NCBI RefSeq assembly: GCF_036321535.1
Contig: NC_087438.1
Span: 3,536,001 to 3,600,000, forward strand
DNA length: 64,000 nt
Source of the DNA: Camelus dromedarius
Lineage: Eukaryota
Reading direction: 5' to 3'
This document shows positions 1-12,902 of this stretch, piece by piece (the stretch's first letter is position 1; each line of letters begins with the position of its first letter). The notes under the pieces were generated by a model, which made no database searches, was not told the DNA's origin, and was given only the letters and a program-made list of their open reading frames with translations. The position numbers were made by a program, and so were the translations under genes.

Positions 1-300
1 CGTCTAAGGCTCACACAGCCTCGGGGATGGGATCCCCAGGCCTTAAATCTCCGCGGGGGCGGAGAGCTGGGAGTCCAGGAGCCTCCTCGCTGGAGGAAGA
101 TGATCTCAAAACATCAGCGAGGCCCCGGTCAGCGGAGCATCACGGCTGAGTAGCGGAGCGTCGGCGCCCCCGGGGCTCCCCGGGGACCGCGCGCAGCCTC
201 CGCGTCCTGCGCGCCTGGAAGGCGGCTCCCCGGGCCGCGCCCGGATGGCCGCGCGCCGCTCTCCGCCGCGCGGTTGACCCAGGCGCGGGCGTTTTCATCG
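1..300. promoter_or_regulatory. Intronic CpG-island-like segment (may extend upstream of the window)
   Basis: More than 30 CpG dinucleotides in 121-300, very GC-rich, with an abrupt drop after ~300. Confidence 0.6.
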
Positions 301-1021
301 CTGGCTTTTGAATCCTGAGCTATAAAACACACATTTTTATTTCCTCGGTGTTCCTCAGCTAATCTAAACCGAGTGGCTCTTCCTGTCACCTGTCTGGTTT
401 TCGAAGCACAAACACTAATCGTACTTTCCCCTGGACAGCGAGCTGAAGACAGCACCAGAGGAGACACTTTCCAGATGGTAAATGGATGCCTTTCCTCTCT
501 CTTCAGCATTCTTCTCGGAATGCAGAGTAAGAGCGCCGGTAAAGCGTACTGTCGTCAGATGCCCTCTCCTCTCTACAGACGGAGGCCCCTCTCTATTCCT
601 CTCCGCCCGGTACTCTGATGGTCCCACTGTTTCTGCCCACACTTCACTGACTCCCTGCAAACCCATCAGTAGAACTGTTTCTTTTACAAGGGAGATATGG
701 AGGCGGGCCGCTGCATCCATTTGGTTGCACACTGTAGATGTAAGAGATGAGACACAGCAGGGTAGCTTCACTGCCAGCGCCCTCCTTAGAGCAGCCCTGC
801 CCTGCGACAGAAAAGGGGCAGTAACTTTTTTGTCTCAGCTCTCTTAGATATAAGCCCAGACAGTATTCACTGCCCAGGAGTGTTTGGGTTACCGAGGGAA
901 TGAAAAGGACCCTTGTCACTGAGGTGGTCTGTATATGTGACAGGGTTTAACTCCCAGGATGCTTCAGAAGTGAGCATCTCAGTTCATTTAGTTGCCACAG
1001 TCACTGGGGATAAACTAGGTG

Positions 1022-1178
1022 TAGAACTGGCTGCTGGGGTGTGTGACCTGCCCCAGTCACCCAGGGCCTTGGGCTCAGAAGAGTCCCCCCAGGGTTTAAT
1101 TCTCTGCTGCCACCAACTTGAAATGCCTAATGATCTGTCACCTTGCACTGGATTCCACAAATGACACGGTCAGTCCTG
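1022..1178 (+). mobile_element. MER91A-like hAT-Tip100 DNA transposon relic
   Basis: gtgtgacctgccccagtcacccagggcc...ctcagaagag...gtttaattctctgctg...ttgcactgg...cagtcctg follows the MER91A consensus as I recall it. Confidence 0.65.
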
Positions 1179-2699
1179 CCCAGCAGCCCCACTTCTGTTT
1201 CAACATTGCTTTCTGGAGTCTTTGGGAATTGTACTAGAATGTTTCTTTTTTTGGTAAATCAGGTATGCATCGCTCTTGTGTTTGGAATGCAATGACTTCA
1301 AATCGTGGATTTCTCTGGCGACAGCACAGTGGCAGGTGTGAAGGTTAAAGGACACTTGGCACAGTTACCTTTCCTTACTTTCTTTTCGCTTAACGGGATG
1401 GGCGCCGTTTTTGCTGAACTCAAGAACAATTGCACGTGAATGGAGCAATGGTGAGCAGCGCTTAACAGGATCTGTTAGGATGTGTCCCCTGGGCTCCGCA
1501 GCCTCCTGTCCTGTTTTGCTGGGAGTGTGCCTGGCTGTATCAGGGCAACTGGCGCTACAGCTCAAGCCCCCAGACGCCACCTCCCCGAGGGGGACCCTAA
1601 TCTTCTTTAGATGCCTTGTCCTCGCCCCATTGCTCCCCTACTGAAAAGGCATCTAACCTTCTCCATTTCATCAGGGAAACCCGAAGTATTACAGCATCTA
1701 TAACTGATACTTTTTGGAGAAACGTTCAGCTTAAGTGTAGAGCTGCCAGCTCAGGTGGGAGTGTCCTGAACTGAGACTGTGTCATCACCTGTGACTACAC
1801 AGGGGTGGCAACATCTCAGTATAAAAGATGGCATCTTAATGTGTCTCCCCCAGGAAGGACACCACGTAACACCAACACAATGACTAAAACGCATCCAGCC
1901 TGGCACAGACGTCTGTTCCAGGATATCCCTGATGAAAATCAAGTTTGCAAATGTGGACAGCTTGGTCCTAAGCAAGACTGAGTTGACTTTTCCTCGGTCA
2001 CTGATATATTAACATAGAAACCATTGCAGAAGCAGTGGAGATATAAACATTAGCTTTTTAGATCTGGATTTACCATTTCACATTGAAAAATCTGCCTTAC
2101 ATAGTTCTATAAAACATTTGTTATTGTTTCTTTTGCCTGTTTGTTTGTTTTGTTTTGGTGCGTACATGTGTGTGTGCATTTTGTTGTTTTATCTGTATGC
2201 ATGTGTCCATGTGAGCAAAGGCAGAAAGGCACCTTGGGAGTACTTCTGTATTTTGGGGAACTAACCTGGTGCTCATGGTTAAATAATATCTAAGTTTTTC
2301 ATAATATTTTCACTATTCTGGTCTTTAGTCCTCAATATGATTGACTCTAAAATTCACCAAGTCTAATAATGCACCCTGTGGCATGTATTTCAAATATTTT
2401 GGAATAAAAATGAAAAGCAAATAGATGATAATTAGAAAGAATAAACAGATGAGAATTAGATTGAAAGAAAGAAAGAAAGAGAGAGAGGGAGGGAGGAGGG
2501 AAAGAATGGGGTTTACTGCAATCTGTGTCTGTGTCTGCATATTCACTGCAAGGATACTAATCGGTGCTTCTGGAAATACTTGTTGAAGCTTCACTCGGAA
2601 TCACGTCTTTTTTGGGGAGAGAACAAAATATGTTGTTTTTAGGTAAGATTAGGCACCACTGTTTTACTTTCTGATCTGTGAACTATTTAAAATGACTGT

Positions 2700-3340
2700 G
2701 GTTTTGCGTTTCTAAATTTAATCTGGTTTCACGGAAATTTTTGTTGTTGTTATTTCAGATGTTATTACATTGAGATCAAAGAAAGAGTTAAAGTTATATC
2801 ATTTTTAGCCTTTTCAAGACTTCCTTTATGCCTTATAGTCGGAGTTTTTATAAATATTTTCCGTGGGAATGAAGAAATGTGCGTTTTGTGTTGTATTCGG
2901 GTTATTTATATGACAGTTAGAGCAAACTCCTTATTTATGCAGACATGTGCTGACTTTTGTCTGTCTTGCTTATCTGTTTCTGAGAGAAATACTTTTAAAT
3001 CTTAAATTATAGTTATTTATTTTTCAATTTCTCTGTTAATTTTATCTTATAATTTATGTTAAAATTCCACTTTTCGTGGTAAGGTAGGGTGATGGTTTCT
3101 GCGTAAGTTGCTCTTTATGATGAAATAGTGACCATCCTTCCCCGACATTGCTTTTCAACAGATGATCTCTTTTTTTTCAGAAATGCACATTGCAGCACTG
3201 GCTTTCACTTGATTATTTTTGGCCTGCCTGACATTTCTTCATTCTCTTTATTTTTAAATGTCTATATTATTTAAGTTTCTCTGTACCTTGAATAAATAAT
3301 TTTCTGTTGCATTTCAACTCCATCAGATCAAGACTGTCTT
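2700..3340 (-). mobile_element. Ancient L1 (L1M/L1ME-type) fragment
   Basis: T-rich decayed sequence with L1 antisense motifs such as ctgacttttgtctgtcttgcttatctgtttctgagagaaat. Boundaries approximate. Confidence 0.45.
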
Positions 3341-4327
3341 TTGCACACAACCGTAGCCCATCGGTGTGCGGGGTGATTGCTCTGCAACTGGATTTAGGTC
3401 TCGCAGCCTATTCTGTATCCCATTCACCAGGCCCGCCTGTGCATCTGATTGCTCCATGGCTCTAGCCTCTTCTGATGACCTGGAGAATTCTCTTTATGCT
3501 CTTTTATTGCCACTGTTGCAGGAAATAATATATTCTCGTTTTTTTTTTTACTCCACTGCTTTTTGATATAAATAAATAAAACAGACCACCGTATAAATTA
3601 GTATAACTTTAAAAACATCCAAGATTCCTTACCCATGATTATCATAAAACTCTCAGAAATAAGTAATTTATATAAAAAGCTAAGTGAACTGTGGCAGGGC
3701 TGAAACTAGAGTAAGTCTCCTTACAGATGAATTACACACAACTGCTAGAGCTCTCTGCGTGCGTTCTTTGAGGGAGGTGAGAAATCGCTGGAAAAGGAGC
3801 CAGACAGCAGACAGAAGACACCCACAGAAGGCGGGCGGTGGGGGGTTCTGAGCCTGCACCACCTGGGAAGCTGAGACCGGTCACATCCTGCCCCTCCAGC
3901 TTTGATAAAAGTTGGGGAGGTTTTGAGCATCAGCACCATGTGACCGTTTCTGGTAGGCTCTGGGAACAAAGGTACAGATGGAGAGAGAGAGAGAAGGGGT
4001 GATAAACAAAACCCCGAGCACAGGCACATCCCCCAGGGGTCTCACCATGAAGGAAAGCCGAGGGGCAGAAACCCAACCGTAAGTGGCCATGAAGCCCAGG
4101 GAGGGTCAGCTGCTGCTTCTCTCTTTCCACGTGGGAGCAGGTGCAGTGGGCAGTGGGCCTTTGGGAATGACCAGAATGGGGGTAGAGAGAGCAGATGTGG
4201 TGGCAGCTGTGAGGGTGGGCTCTAGGTGGGAGCAGGGATGGCCCAGGAGGGCTGGTGGCTGGACACTGAGCCAGGTCCTTCCTCATCCTTTTTGTTTTCC
4301 CAGTGAAAGAATCTGAGCCAAGGCCTC

Positions 4328-5251
4328 TGTTACCCAACTCAGGTCTGGCTGTTCACCACTTGAAAGCCAATATTTGAGAGGCAAGTGTTGGTAAGAAAGG
4401 AAAAGTTGCTTTAGTCAGGAGGCCAACAACCTGGGGAGAAGAACCAACTCATGTCCCAAAGAACCAACTCCCAGGTGCAGATCAGGGGGCAGGAGTTTTT
4501 TTGTTTTGTTTTAGTAGTAAAAGGATTAATTTTATTTTTTTAATTGAAGTGTAGTTGATTTACAGTGTTAGTTTCAGGTGTACAGCAAAGCAATTTAGTT
4601 ATACACATATATATGGATGTGTTTTTTTCAGATTCTTTTCCATTGTATGTTATTACGAGAAACTGAATATAGCGCCTTGTGCTATGCAGCAGGTCCTTGT
4701 TGGTCATCTACTTTACGTATAGCGACGTGTGTCTATTAATAGGGTGCAAGAGCTTGTAAGGGGGGCTCTGGGGGGGCACAGGCAGAGGGAGGGGCTACGT
4801 GCAGAACAGCACAGTCAGCTCCAACAGTCATCTTGAAATTGGTCATGCATCACCTCAATTGTTTTAAGTACATTAATCTTGAGTTCCAGGGTCACTTTTT
4901 CCCCATTTCCTTGAGGCCAGTTCTCAGAATTGTGCAAGACAGAGCAGCTTATGTCATGGCTACCGTCTGGTCATGCAGTTAACTTCTTCCACCTGGTGGG
5001 GGCTTCAGTATCTGCAAAACAGCTCAAAAAACATGGTTCAGGACATTATCTATCGCCCCTGAGGAGGAACTAAAGGTCCTTGACTTGGTTCAATGGCCAG
5101 ACTATGATTCTTTTGTCTTGTTTGACTGTTTTTCTTTGCTTTTGCATTTTCTCACTGCTCTGATTAAATTTATTCTTTGGCTAAAGGTTTTCCTCAAACA
5201 AGAGGCAGGTGGAGGACCTGGGAAGGCTCCATCAGATCCTGCTCCGTTACA
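4328..5251 (-). mobile_element. Solo ERV LTR (ERV1-like), interrupted by an L1 fragment
   Basis: Termini TGTTAC...GTTACA (TG...CA). Flanks cctc / ccac form a degenerate 4-bp TSD. Internal sequence is LTR-like. Confidence 0.7.
4501..4740 (-). mobile_element. 5'-truncated L1 3' end (cetartiodactyl-type) nested in the LTR
   Basis: T-rich tail, then aattgaagtgtagttgatttacagtgttagtttcaggtgtacagcaaag. Degenerate TSD agggggcaggagttttt (4484-4500) / agggtgcaagagcttgt (4741-4757). Confidence 0.8.
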
Positions 5252-8200
5252 CCACCTGGGAGCAAAAGAGGGCAACTGCAGCCTTGAAGGGAAGGAGGAA
5301 GCGAGGTGGGCAGTGCCCTGAGCAGCCCCCTGAGTGGAGAGCTTGGGCCTGCAGGTCCTAAACTGAGCCAGATCGCCCAGGTCATGGGTACAGACTTGGT
5401 GGGCAGAGTTGGCTTAACCAGTTGGTGGAACCAGAATTAGGATAAAAGAAAAAAAAAGGTTATAATTCATTTCATTTCAGTGATTCACCAATAAAAATAT
5501 GTCACTATGTCCATCTAAATGCCACCTGGGGGTTCAGAGGGTCCACTTTTTGTCTGAGATGCATTTTGTCAAAGCACATGACTGGCATTTTTAAGGTATT
5601 GGTTGGGGCTCAATTAATGACGCGAGGGAAACAGGCTGAGTCAGTCCTGGACAGAGGGCACCATGCTGCTCTTCTCCGGGGTGACTTCGGTTTTGCTTCC
5701 ATCTGACAAGGGCTTGGCTTCCATCCAGCGTTTAAAGATGTGCATTTTTTCCCCAGCCTGGACACCAGTGTGAGCAAACCAGCACTTGGTTTGTGGCTCA
5801 GTCCAGGAGCAGGGGTGCTCGCTGCCCAGGGAGGCCCGCACACGGGCATCCTGAGAGCCTCTGGGGTCTGTCTGACACCCCACCTTTCTGGAAGCATCAA
5901 GGAGCACTGGCTCTGCCCCACAGGAAGTCTCCTAAGCCCGCTGCTGTGCCGAACAGCTTTGGGTAAACGCTCCTAGGAGTGCTGATGAGGGAGCACGTGT
6001 CTGCATTGTGAGGAGCTATGTCTCAGGGAACATGGCTTCAGAAACCAGAGAACCGGGCAATTCGTTCAGTGGACTGAAACCATTGCCATTTGTCTTTGCA
6101 GGCCAGGTTTGTTTGTTTGTTTTTCAGGTTGTATTTTCCAGAAGGCAAGACCACAGGGACAGGAAGAGGGTGGCTCTTGGAATACTGGACTGAATATTGG
6201 CCACGTATTTCTGAGCCATCTGTCAGTTCAGAATTGGTCACTGAAAACTTTTCCTTAGCTACCACCTTGACAGAGATGTGGATTTGCAAATATCTCTCCT
6301 CCGCAGCCCCAGGAGTGATGTGTCCACATCTGGGGCTTGTCTGCAGCCTCCCCAGCGGGGCAGCCGTGGGCTCACACTGCCAAGGGTCTTTCTGGATTAG
6401 CCCTTGCCAGAGCCAGGTTCATGGTGTCAAGTATTCTGAGCATCAGTCCTGGAAAACTCATGTGTTCGTCCAGTGGTACCGCTCAAGAAATCAAACTATG
6501 CAACTTAAATGCAGACAGTAAGGGTCAAAGAAGAAGGAAAAAACACTTCGCACTGTTAACAATTTCATCTACTCGAAATATCATACTATCCTCCTCAACA
6601 TAGTTGAAGAATGTACTCTCCCTATTTCGGTTCACCTAGAAATCATCTCATCTTATTTAACAATAGCCAGTGACTTGCATTCTTGAGTGTGGTATTTATA
6701 AACAATGTTTAGATTTAATGAGAAGATTCATGAATTCTACCACTTGTATGTTTTGGGTGGGTCCCACCTGTAATTCATGCCCTCAGTCGGAATTTATGCT
6801 CACAAATCATGCATATTCTTTTCATGCTGGAAAAAAAAGGCTACAGGTGTCTAGCTTGGCTCCTGCTACTTGACGTGAAATGACACTGTAATAAACTAGA
6901 TTTTAAAAAGGAAGATGCTTTAAGCTAGCTTTTAAAAAGACAGACACTGCATCTGTCTCCATAGCAACTAGTGCCAAGGGTGGGCTTCTGGCTTATGGAA
7001 GGGTTCTGTCACAGGGTTCTTTAAGGTTTGAGGCCAAACTCACAAGGCAGTACCATGTGGCAGACTGTGAAACGGCACATTCCTGCTCCCTGAGAAACTG
7101 CCTAAGTCATTTTGGAAGGAAAAGGTATTTTTTCTCCTACCGTAATCTCTCTCCTTTCTGCCTGCCTCCTCATCCCACCCCACCCCCACCACTGTAAAAA
7201 AATTTTCATTAAACTAAAAACAAAAAATTACTGACCTTACAGGACTAGGAAAATTGAGCAAATCTGTACAGTGAACTCACGGAATCTAGAAAGAGCTTCA
7301 GCCTAAGAGGGAAACCAAACTCATTGACTTTAGAATTTGACACAGGAATTTAATCGTTTACTTAGCAAGTCACATTGGAATTTGCTTAAGAATTCAGATC
7401 AATTTTGATTGACTTGTGACATGCTGTCATTCCAAAGCCAGCTATAAGCCATGGTTTTGCCAAACATATTCATATTCAAGTTGTCGAGGCCTTATAATAT
7501 TATTAAGTTCTAGAAGGAAAACTAGATTTATGCATTAATTTTCTCATGGGGCTGTGAGATATTTTTTTGACCAGTATGAATATCATTACTGCATCTTAGA
7601 TTTTTCTCAACCCTTTTTAGGCAGTGTTTCTGCTTAAGCAGTCCTTGTTTTGTTTATAAAGTTTCCAGTAAATATTATGTATGTTTCATTGCATTTTTTA
7701 AAGGCACACATAAATTTTTAAACAATATTCCCAGAACCAAAGAGATCCTTAAATTAATTTGTTTCAGTAAGTCACATTTTCAATTAAAATACTGCTTTCA
7801 AGACAAGACCTCATTTCAACCAAGAAGTGATGTTGCAGGGTCAGAAAGGACCACGTGATAGCAGAAACAATTTTTATGTTCAGCTTCATTTCTTTTCCTA
7901 CCGGTTCCATATAAGTTCAGGGCAAAAGACCCAAAAGAGAGAGCAAATTCTCAGTATGCTTCCGACTGCGGTCACCAGGAATGTAATTGTCATAAAGGAA
8001 AGGCCACAGACTCCTAGAATGTTTAGATTTGTCTGGATCCAAGGCAAGGCAAGAATCCACACAACTACCCTCTTCTGCCGCCAGCTGCCACGTTATCACA
8101 GTCTTATTTTACTTCTATGTCAAAAAAAAATTCCACCACTAAGGGATTTTTAATTGTTTTGATGCATTTATTACATGTATTAATAAAAAAGAGGACTGAG

Positions 8201-8809
8201 AGAATAATTCACTTAAATCCTCAAAATCAACATTTAAATTAAACCTAGGTTTTTGCTTCTTACATCTATTATTTTAATCAGTTTTATTCTATTGAGTAAC
8301 TACATGCAGACGGTTTAAAAAGTCGTATTGAGCTTTAAGCTCACTGAGAGAAGTCACACTCCCTGCCCTGCCCCCAGCCCACGCCAGTCCCAGTGACCTG
8401 GGGTAACCAATTCAGTTATGCTGGTTCTCTCTTCTGGAACCTATTGCAGTGTTTCTAAATCGTATGTGTAATTGCCATTTTCCTGCTTGTTGGTTTTGGA
8501 GATCATCCTTTTATCCATCACAGGGGAGGCTGTGGCTGTTCTGCCTCACTTTGTATGGCCCTCCCGTCACTAAGCTCTCTCCTAGTGCCAACTTCCTTTG
8601 CCTCCATCCTTCCAGTAAGATGACATCCCATTAGTATTCCTCATTTACGTCATTGTTGATTATTCTTTGCTGGCTGAGTAGAATTCCCTGATTTTGTGTC
8701 CTTTTTGTATATAACATTTTATTTTTCTAAAAGGTAACAATTGCCTGAATTGCCTGTTTAGGTTTTTTTTTTTTTTTAACATAAACCCCTACAAGATTCA
8801 TGTTCATGG

Positions 8810-9100
8810 ATTTATTATTTAACCACTGGAAGCTGAGAGCCGGCTCTGCTCCAGGCACTTGGGACGCATTAACGGCAGACAGACAGAAGTCCGTGTCTTG
8901 AGTTGCACAGGGAGAGACGCAGTCTACAGTTAAACAGAGGGTATGTTTTAAACTATGGCGTATTTAGAAGATGATAAGAGGCATGGATAAAAAGGAAGAA
9001 AAAAGAACAAGGCAGAGGCGGTCGGAGCTGTAGGGGCAGGGGTGTAGGGTGACCGGCAGGCTTCACTGAGCGGATGGGGGCTGGACAGGAGGTGGAGGAG
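8810..9100 (-). mobile_element. L2 3'-end fragment
   Basis: ctctgctccaggcacttgggac...agacagacagaagtcc...ggcaggcttcactgag pattern typical of antisense L2 3' ends. Confidence 0.5.
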
Positions 9101-10663
9101 GGGAGGTGTCACACGCCTGTCACGGTGCTTTGCACACCGTTAAATACACCAGAGACCTCAGTTCCTTTCCCCTGGGGACCTCATCCCAGTGCCACTGTCC
9201 CTGCTCCGACCTGGGCAGGTCATCCCGGGACTCCCTTCTCTAGGATGTGGGAAACCCGGGGTCCCCGGGGCCTGGCCGGGTCTGTCTCGGCGGACCCCAC
9301 CGTCCCGGGGAACAGCCTCTTCCACTGTCTGAGAAAGTGTCGGGGGAGCTGAGCCGTCTGGGGCCTCAGGGATGCCAGCAGCGAGTCTGAGAACAGGATG
9401 CAGGGGTGGGAGTCACTGTCCCTCGGACCTTGGTGAGCTTGACGTCATGGTCTGCCTCGTGCTGCAGCCGCTCAGCTGTCTGCTGCTAATCCGGCTCCAG
9501 TCCTTTTCTTGGGATCTGGTTTTCTGCTGCTGGTGGTTAGGTTCGGTTTGGTTTTTTTCCTCTCCCTTGCTGGGAGCTGGAGGGTCTTTTATTTATTCCT
9601 GAGTTTCTAATCTGCTTTAATGTCGTCATATCTTCATTGTTTGCTGAGTCCATCGTGGGCCCTTTCAATTTAGGGAAAAAGAGTATTTTAATAACTTCCC
9701 TTTCATTCTTTATGACTTTGCCTTCTGAAATCTCAGTACCTTAGGCTCATGTTTCAATGCTCCTATGTTTTCTTTTCAAATGTCCATCTCTTTATCTTTT
9801 TGTTCTAGGAGATTTTTTACGTTTTATCTTTCAGGTTTTCTGCTGTCTTCATTTTCTACTATCTGACAAATACTTTTTTTTTCTGGTCTTTGATCTTTCC
9901 CCCTCTCTTTTAAGACATCCTGCTCCTCTCTGTTCCTTTTGGAAAATCCTGTTCTTGCTCTCCCTTCACTTCTGTCTTGTTTCTCCTTCTCTTTGTTTCT
10001 CTCCCTCCTCTTACCCACGATTCTCTTCCCTCCACACTCCTCCCCCTCTTAGCTGGACGGTGGGTGTTTCTCCTTGTCTCTCACACGGCTGGCCTCCTCC
10101 ACACCCAGGAGCCCTTCTCTGTCCAGGCGAACTGAGACTGGGGCCTCAGGATGCACATTAGACATCCTCTGGGCTGAGACAGGATTCTTCACCTGCTCTG
10201 CCACCTCCCCAGATTTTCTCCCAGGAGTCTCTCTTTCTCCAAAGAAGGGTGCTGCCGTCAGGTGTGTGTGTGTGTTAGGGGGTGGGCCAGCATGTGTGCC
10301 CAGCGCAGCAGGGAAGGTGGCTGGGGCTGGGGTCTCCGAGCTTCCCATTCCGACACCTCCCCCAGTTCTCTAGAGTCCGTCTCTCCAGTGGGAATCCTCT
10401 TCCTTGGCTTCCTTTAGAACTGGGGGAGGCAATCGAGATAAACACACACACTCAGACCACCATGTTTCACTAAGGGTGTCTCTTATTGTTGCTTAAAGTC
10501 ACAACTAAGGAGTCATAAGATACTGAAAATGCACACTGCGCAGTTAGCAGAAGTAAACTGAAGCGAGGCAATTGAAATACGGAGAAAAATTATTAGAAAT
10601 TTTTACACAAGTCTATGGTTAACTGTATTTTGCATTGAAAAGAAAAGGAAGTAAGTTACTCCC

Positions 10664-10781
10664 TAGAGTGATCAACTCATTCTAAATAACCCAGGATTGT
10701 CCTGGTTTTAAAACTAAAACTCTCATGTCTAGGGAACTCCCTCAATTCCAAGCCAGCCAGAGCGATGGGTCACCACACCCT
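10664..10781. mobile_element. MER94-like hAT-Blackjack relic
   Basis: agagtgatcaac...ccaggattgtcctggttttaaaact...gggaactccctca...gggtcacc; imperfectly palindromic ends. Confidence 0.5.
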
Positions 10782-11347
10782 CTCTCTCCATGAGAAATTG
10801 ACTCATGGTGGAAGATGCCCACCTAGTACTTCTCGTGCAGCCAGTGATGGTCACCACTGGTTACTTTGGAAAGAGAAGCAGAAACACCCAGAGCATCCAG
10901 GTGCAATGTCAGTGCGGGGATGGCAGCGATTAGGGGCTTACGTGGAGCCAATGAAGCCTTAAGACTCCCCTCATTTCAAGTTTCCAGTTCTGATGTCACT
11001 TTTCTTACAAGGGTTTTCCTAAATTACAGTAGCTTCAGGCCCCACAAAACCTGGATTCCCCCCAGTGATGGTGATGATGATAATGATAAAATCATAGTAC
11101 CTGGCATTAATTGAATGCAGGACGAAATGAGGGAGTAACTCCTTCAGGTGTCACGGTAGCCCCAGTGAGTGGACACCATCACGCTCCCCAGGGTGCAGAT
11201 GTGGAGACTGGGGCAGGTGGGCATCGGAGGGGTACAGCAAGAAAGATCTCAAGGGGATGCTTAAGCCAGCCACACAGTTGTGAAAGTGCTGTGTGAGTGA
11301 ATCAATGGGAAATTATATTTCACAACTCCTTCCCTTCGCTGCATTGG

Positions 11348-11372
11348 TGTGTGTGTGTGTGTGTGTGTGTGT
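11348..11372. repeat. (GT)n microsatellite
   Basis: About 12 GT units read directly. Confidence 0.95.
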
Positions 11373-11689
11373 AACATAGAAGACGGGACTCCCACAGTGT
11401 GCCCGGAAGCGGTCCGGTTTATCCACTCCATCCAGTTCCTCTTGTCCCACAAGAAATAACAGTGCTCTTTTACCCTCGAAAAGCATCCTGTGGTTCTGGA
11501 TGATAAATTATTTGATTGTTCAACACATAGCCCTCACTCTCTGGATAATCATTCATGGAAATTTGTCTTAGGATCTTAGACACACTTCTTATAACTGTTA
11601 CATAATATTTTTAAAGTTAGTATGCACAGAAGTTTGTATTTTGTAGTAAAATCTTGTTCATATAACTTACTTAGAAAGCTTTTTATCCT

Positions 11690-12730
11690 CTAATGTTGTG
11701 AAATATTCTCTTCAGACATTTTGGCTACTTTAAATATTTGACTTTTGGTCAAAATGAGATTGATTTTAATGTAAAGAATGAAATAAAAGCAACTGCAGTT
11801 TTTCTTCAGTGCCCAGCAGTCTGTCCCAGCACCATTTATTGAAAAATTCATCTTCCTCCCACTGATTTGGAAAGTCAACCTTCATCATAGATGTGATAAA
11901 TAATTGATGTGGATGGAACTCTGGGTACCAGTGACATGAATATGACATATACCATATGTATAATTGTTTGACTGGCCCTTATGCTTTTCCCTGTTTAACT
12001 GGTTTATTCTTTTTTTTTTAATTTTTTAAATTTTGTATTGGAGTATAGTCAGTTACAGTGTGTCAGTTTCTGGTGTACAGCACAACATCTCAGTCATGCA
12101 TATGTGTGTGTGTATATATATATACATACACATATACATGTATTCATTTTCATATTCTTTTTCATTAAAAGCCATTACAAGATATTGAATATAGTTCCCC
12201 ATGATATACAGAAGAAATTTGTTTTTTATCTATTTTTACATACAGTGGTTAGCATTTGCAAATCTCAAACTCCCAGATTTATCGCTTCCCACCCCTTTTC
12301 CCTGGCAACCATAAAACTGTTTACTGTGTCTGCAAGCCTTTCTTTTGTGGATGGTTTATTCTTTCAGCCAGAATCTCACTGTTTGATGGCTATAGCATTT
12401 TATGAATGACTTGTCTTTCCTAAAATTTTTCTGGCTCTTCTTGAATGCTTTTTCCAGATGCATTTTATATTCATGTTGTCAAGTTAAAGAATAAAAAAGA
12501 ATCCTTTTGAAATTTCAACTGGGATTACACTGCATTATTAGATTAATTTAGACAAAATTGATATCTTGAAAATATGGAAGCTGCCAACCAGAAAGCAATT
12601 TTTTTCTTCTTCATTCCTCCATTTGGTCATTGAATCCTTCAAGAACAATTCACAGATGTATTTCCATAAGTGAATGTATTTATATTTTTCCTGAATGCTT
12701 CATAATTTTATTAATATTATGAGTGAAATC
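11690..12730 (-). mobile_element. Old L1M ORF2-region fragment (host of the 12013-12351 insertion)
   Basis: Minus-strand translation contains NQWEEDEFFNKWCWD, similar to L1 ORF2 QWxKDSLFNKWCW. Also tcccagcaccatttattgaaaa and gggattacactgcattattagattaattt. Confidence 0.7.
12013..12351 (-). mobile_element. Young 5'-truncated L1 3' UTR insertion with perfect 13-bp TSD
   Basis: TSD tggtttattcttt at 12000-12012 and 12352-12364; poly-T tail; L1 3' UTR motif gtatagtcagttacagtgtgtcagtttctggtgtacagc. Confidence 0.88.
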
Positions 12731-12741
12731 TTTATGCATTA

Positions 12742-12902
12742 TATTTTTATTGAAGTATAGTTGATTTACAATTTTGTGTTCATTTCAGGTATACAGCAAA
12801 GTGACTCAGTTATATATATATATTTGGAATATATATATAATAGAATATATATATTCTCTTTAGATTCTTTTCCATTTGCGATTATTACAAGACACTGAGT
12901 AT
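12742..12902 (-). mobile_element. Short L1 3'-end fragment
   Basis: tttttattgaagtatagttgatttacaattttgtgttcatttcaggtatacagcaaagtgactcagttata, same family as 4501-4740. Confidence 0.8.
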
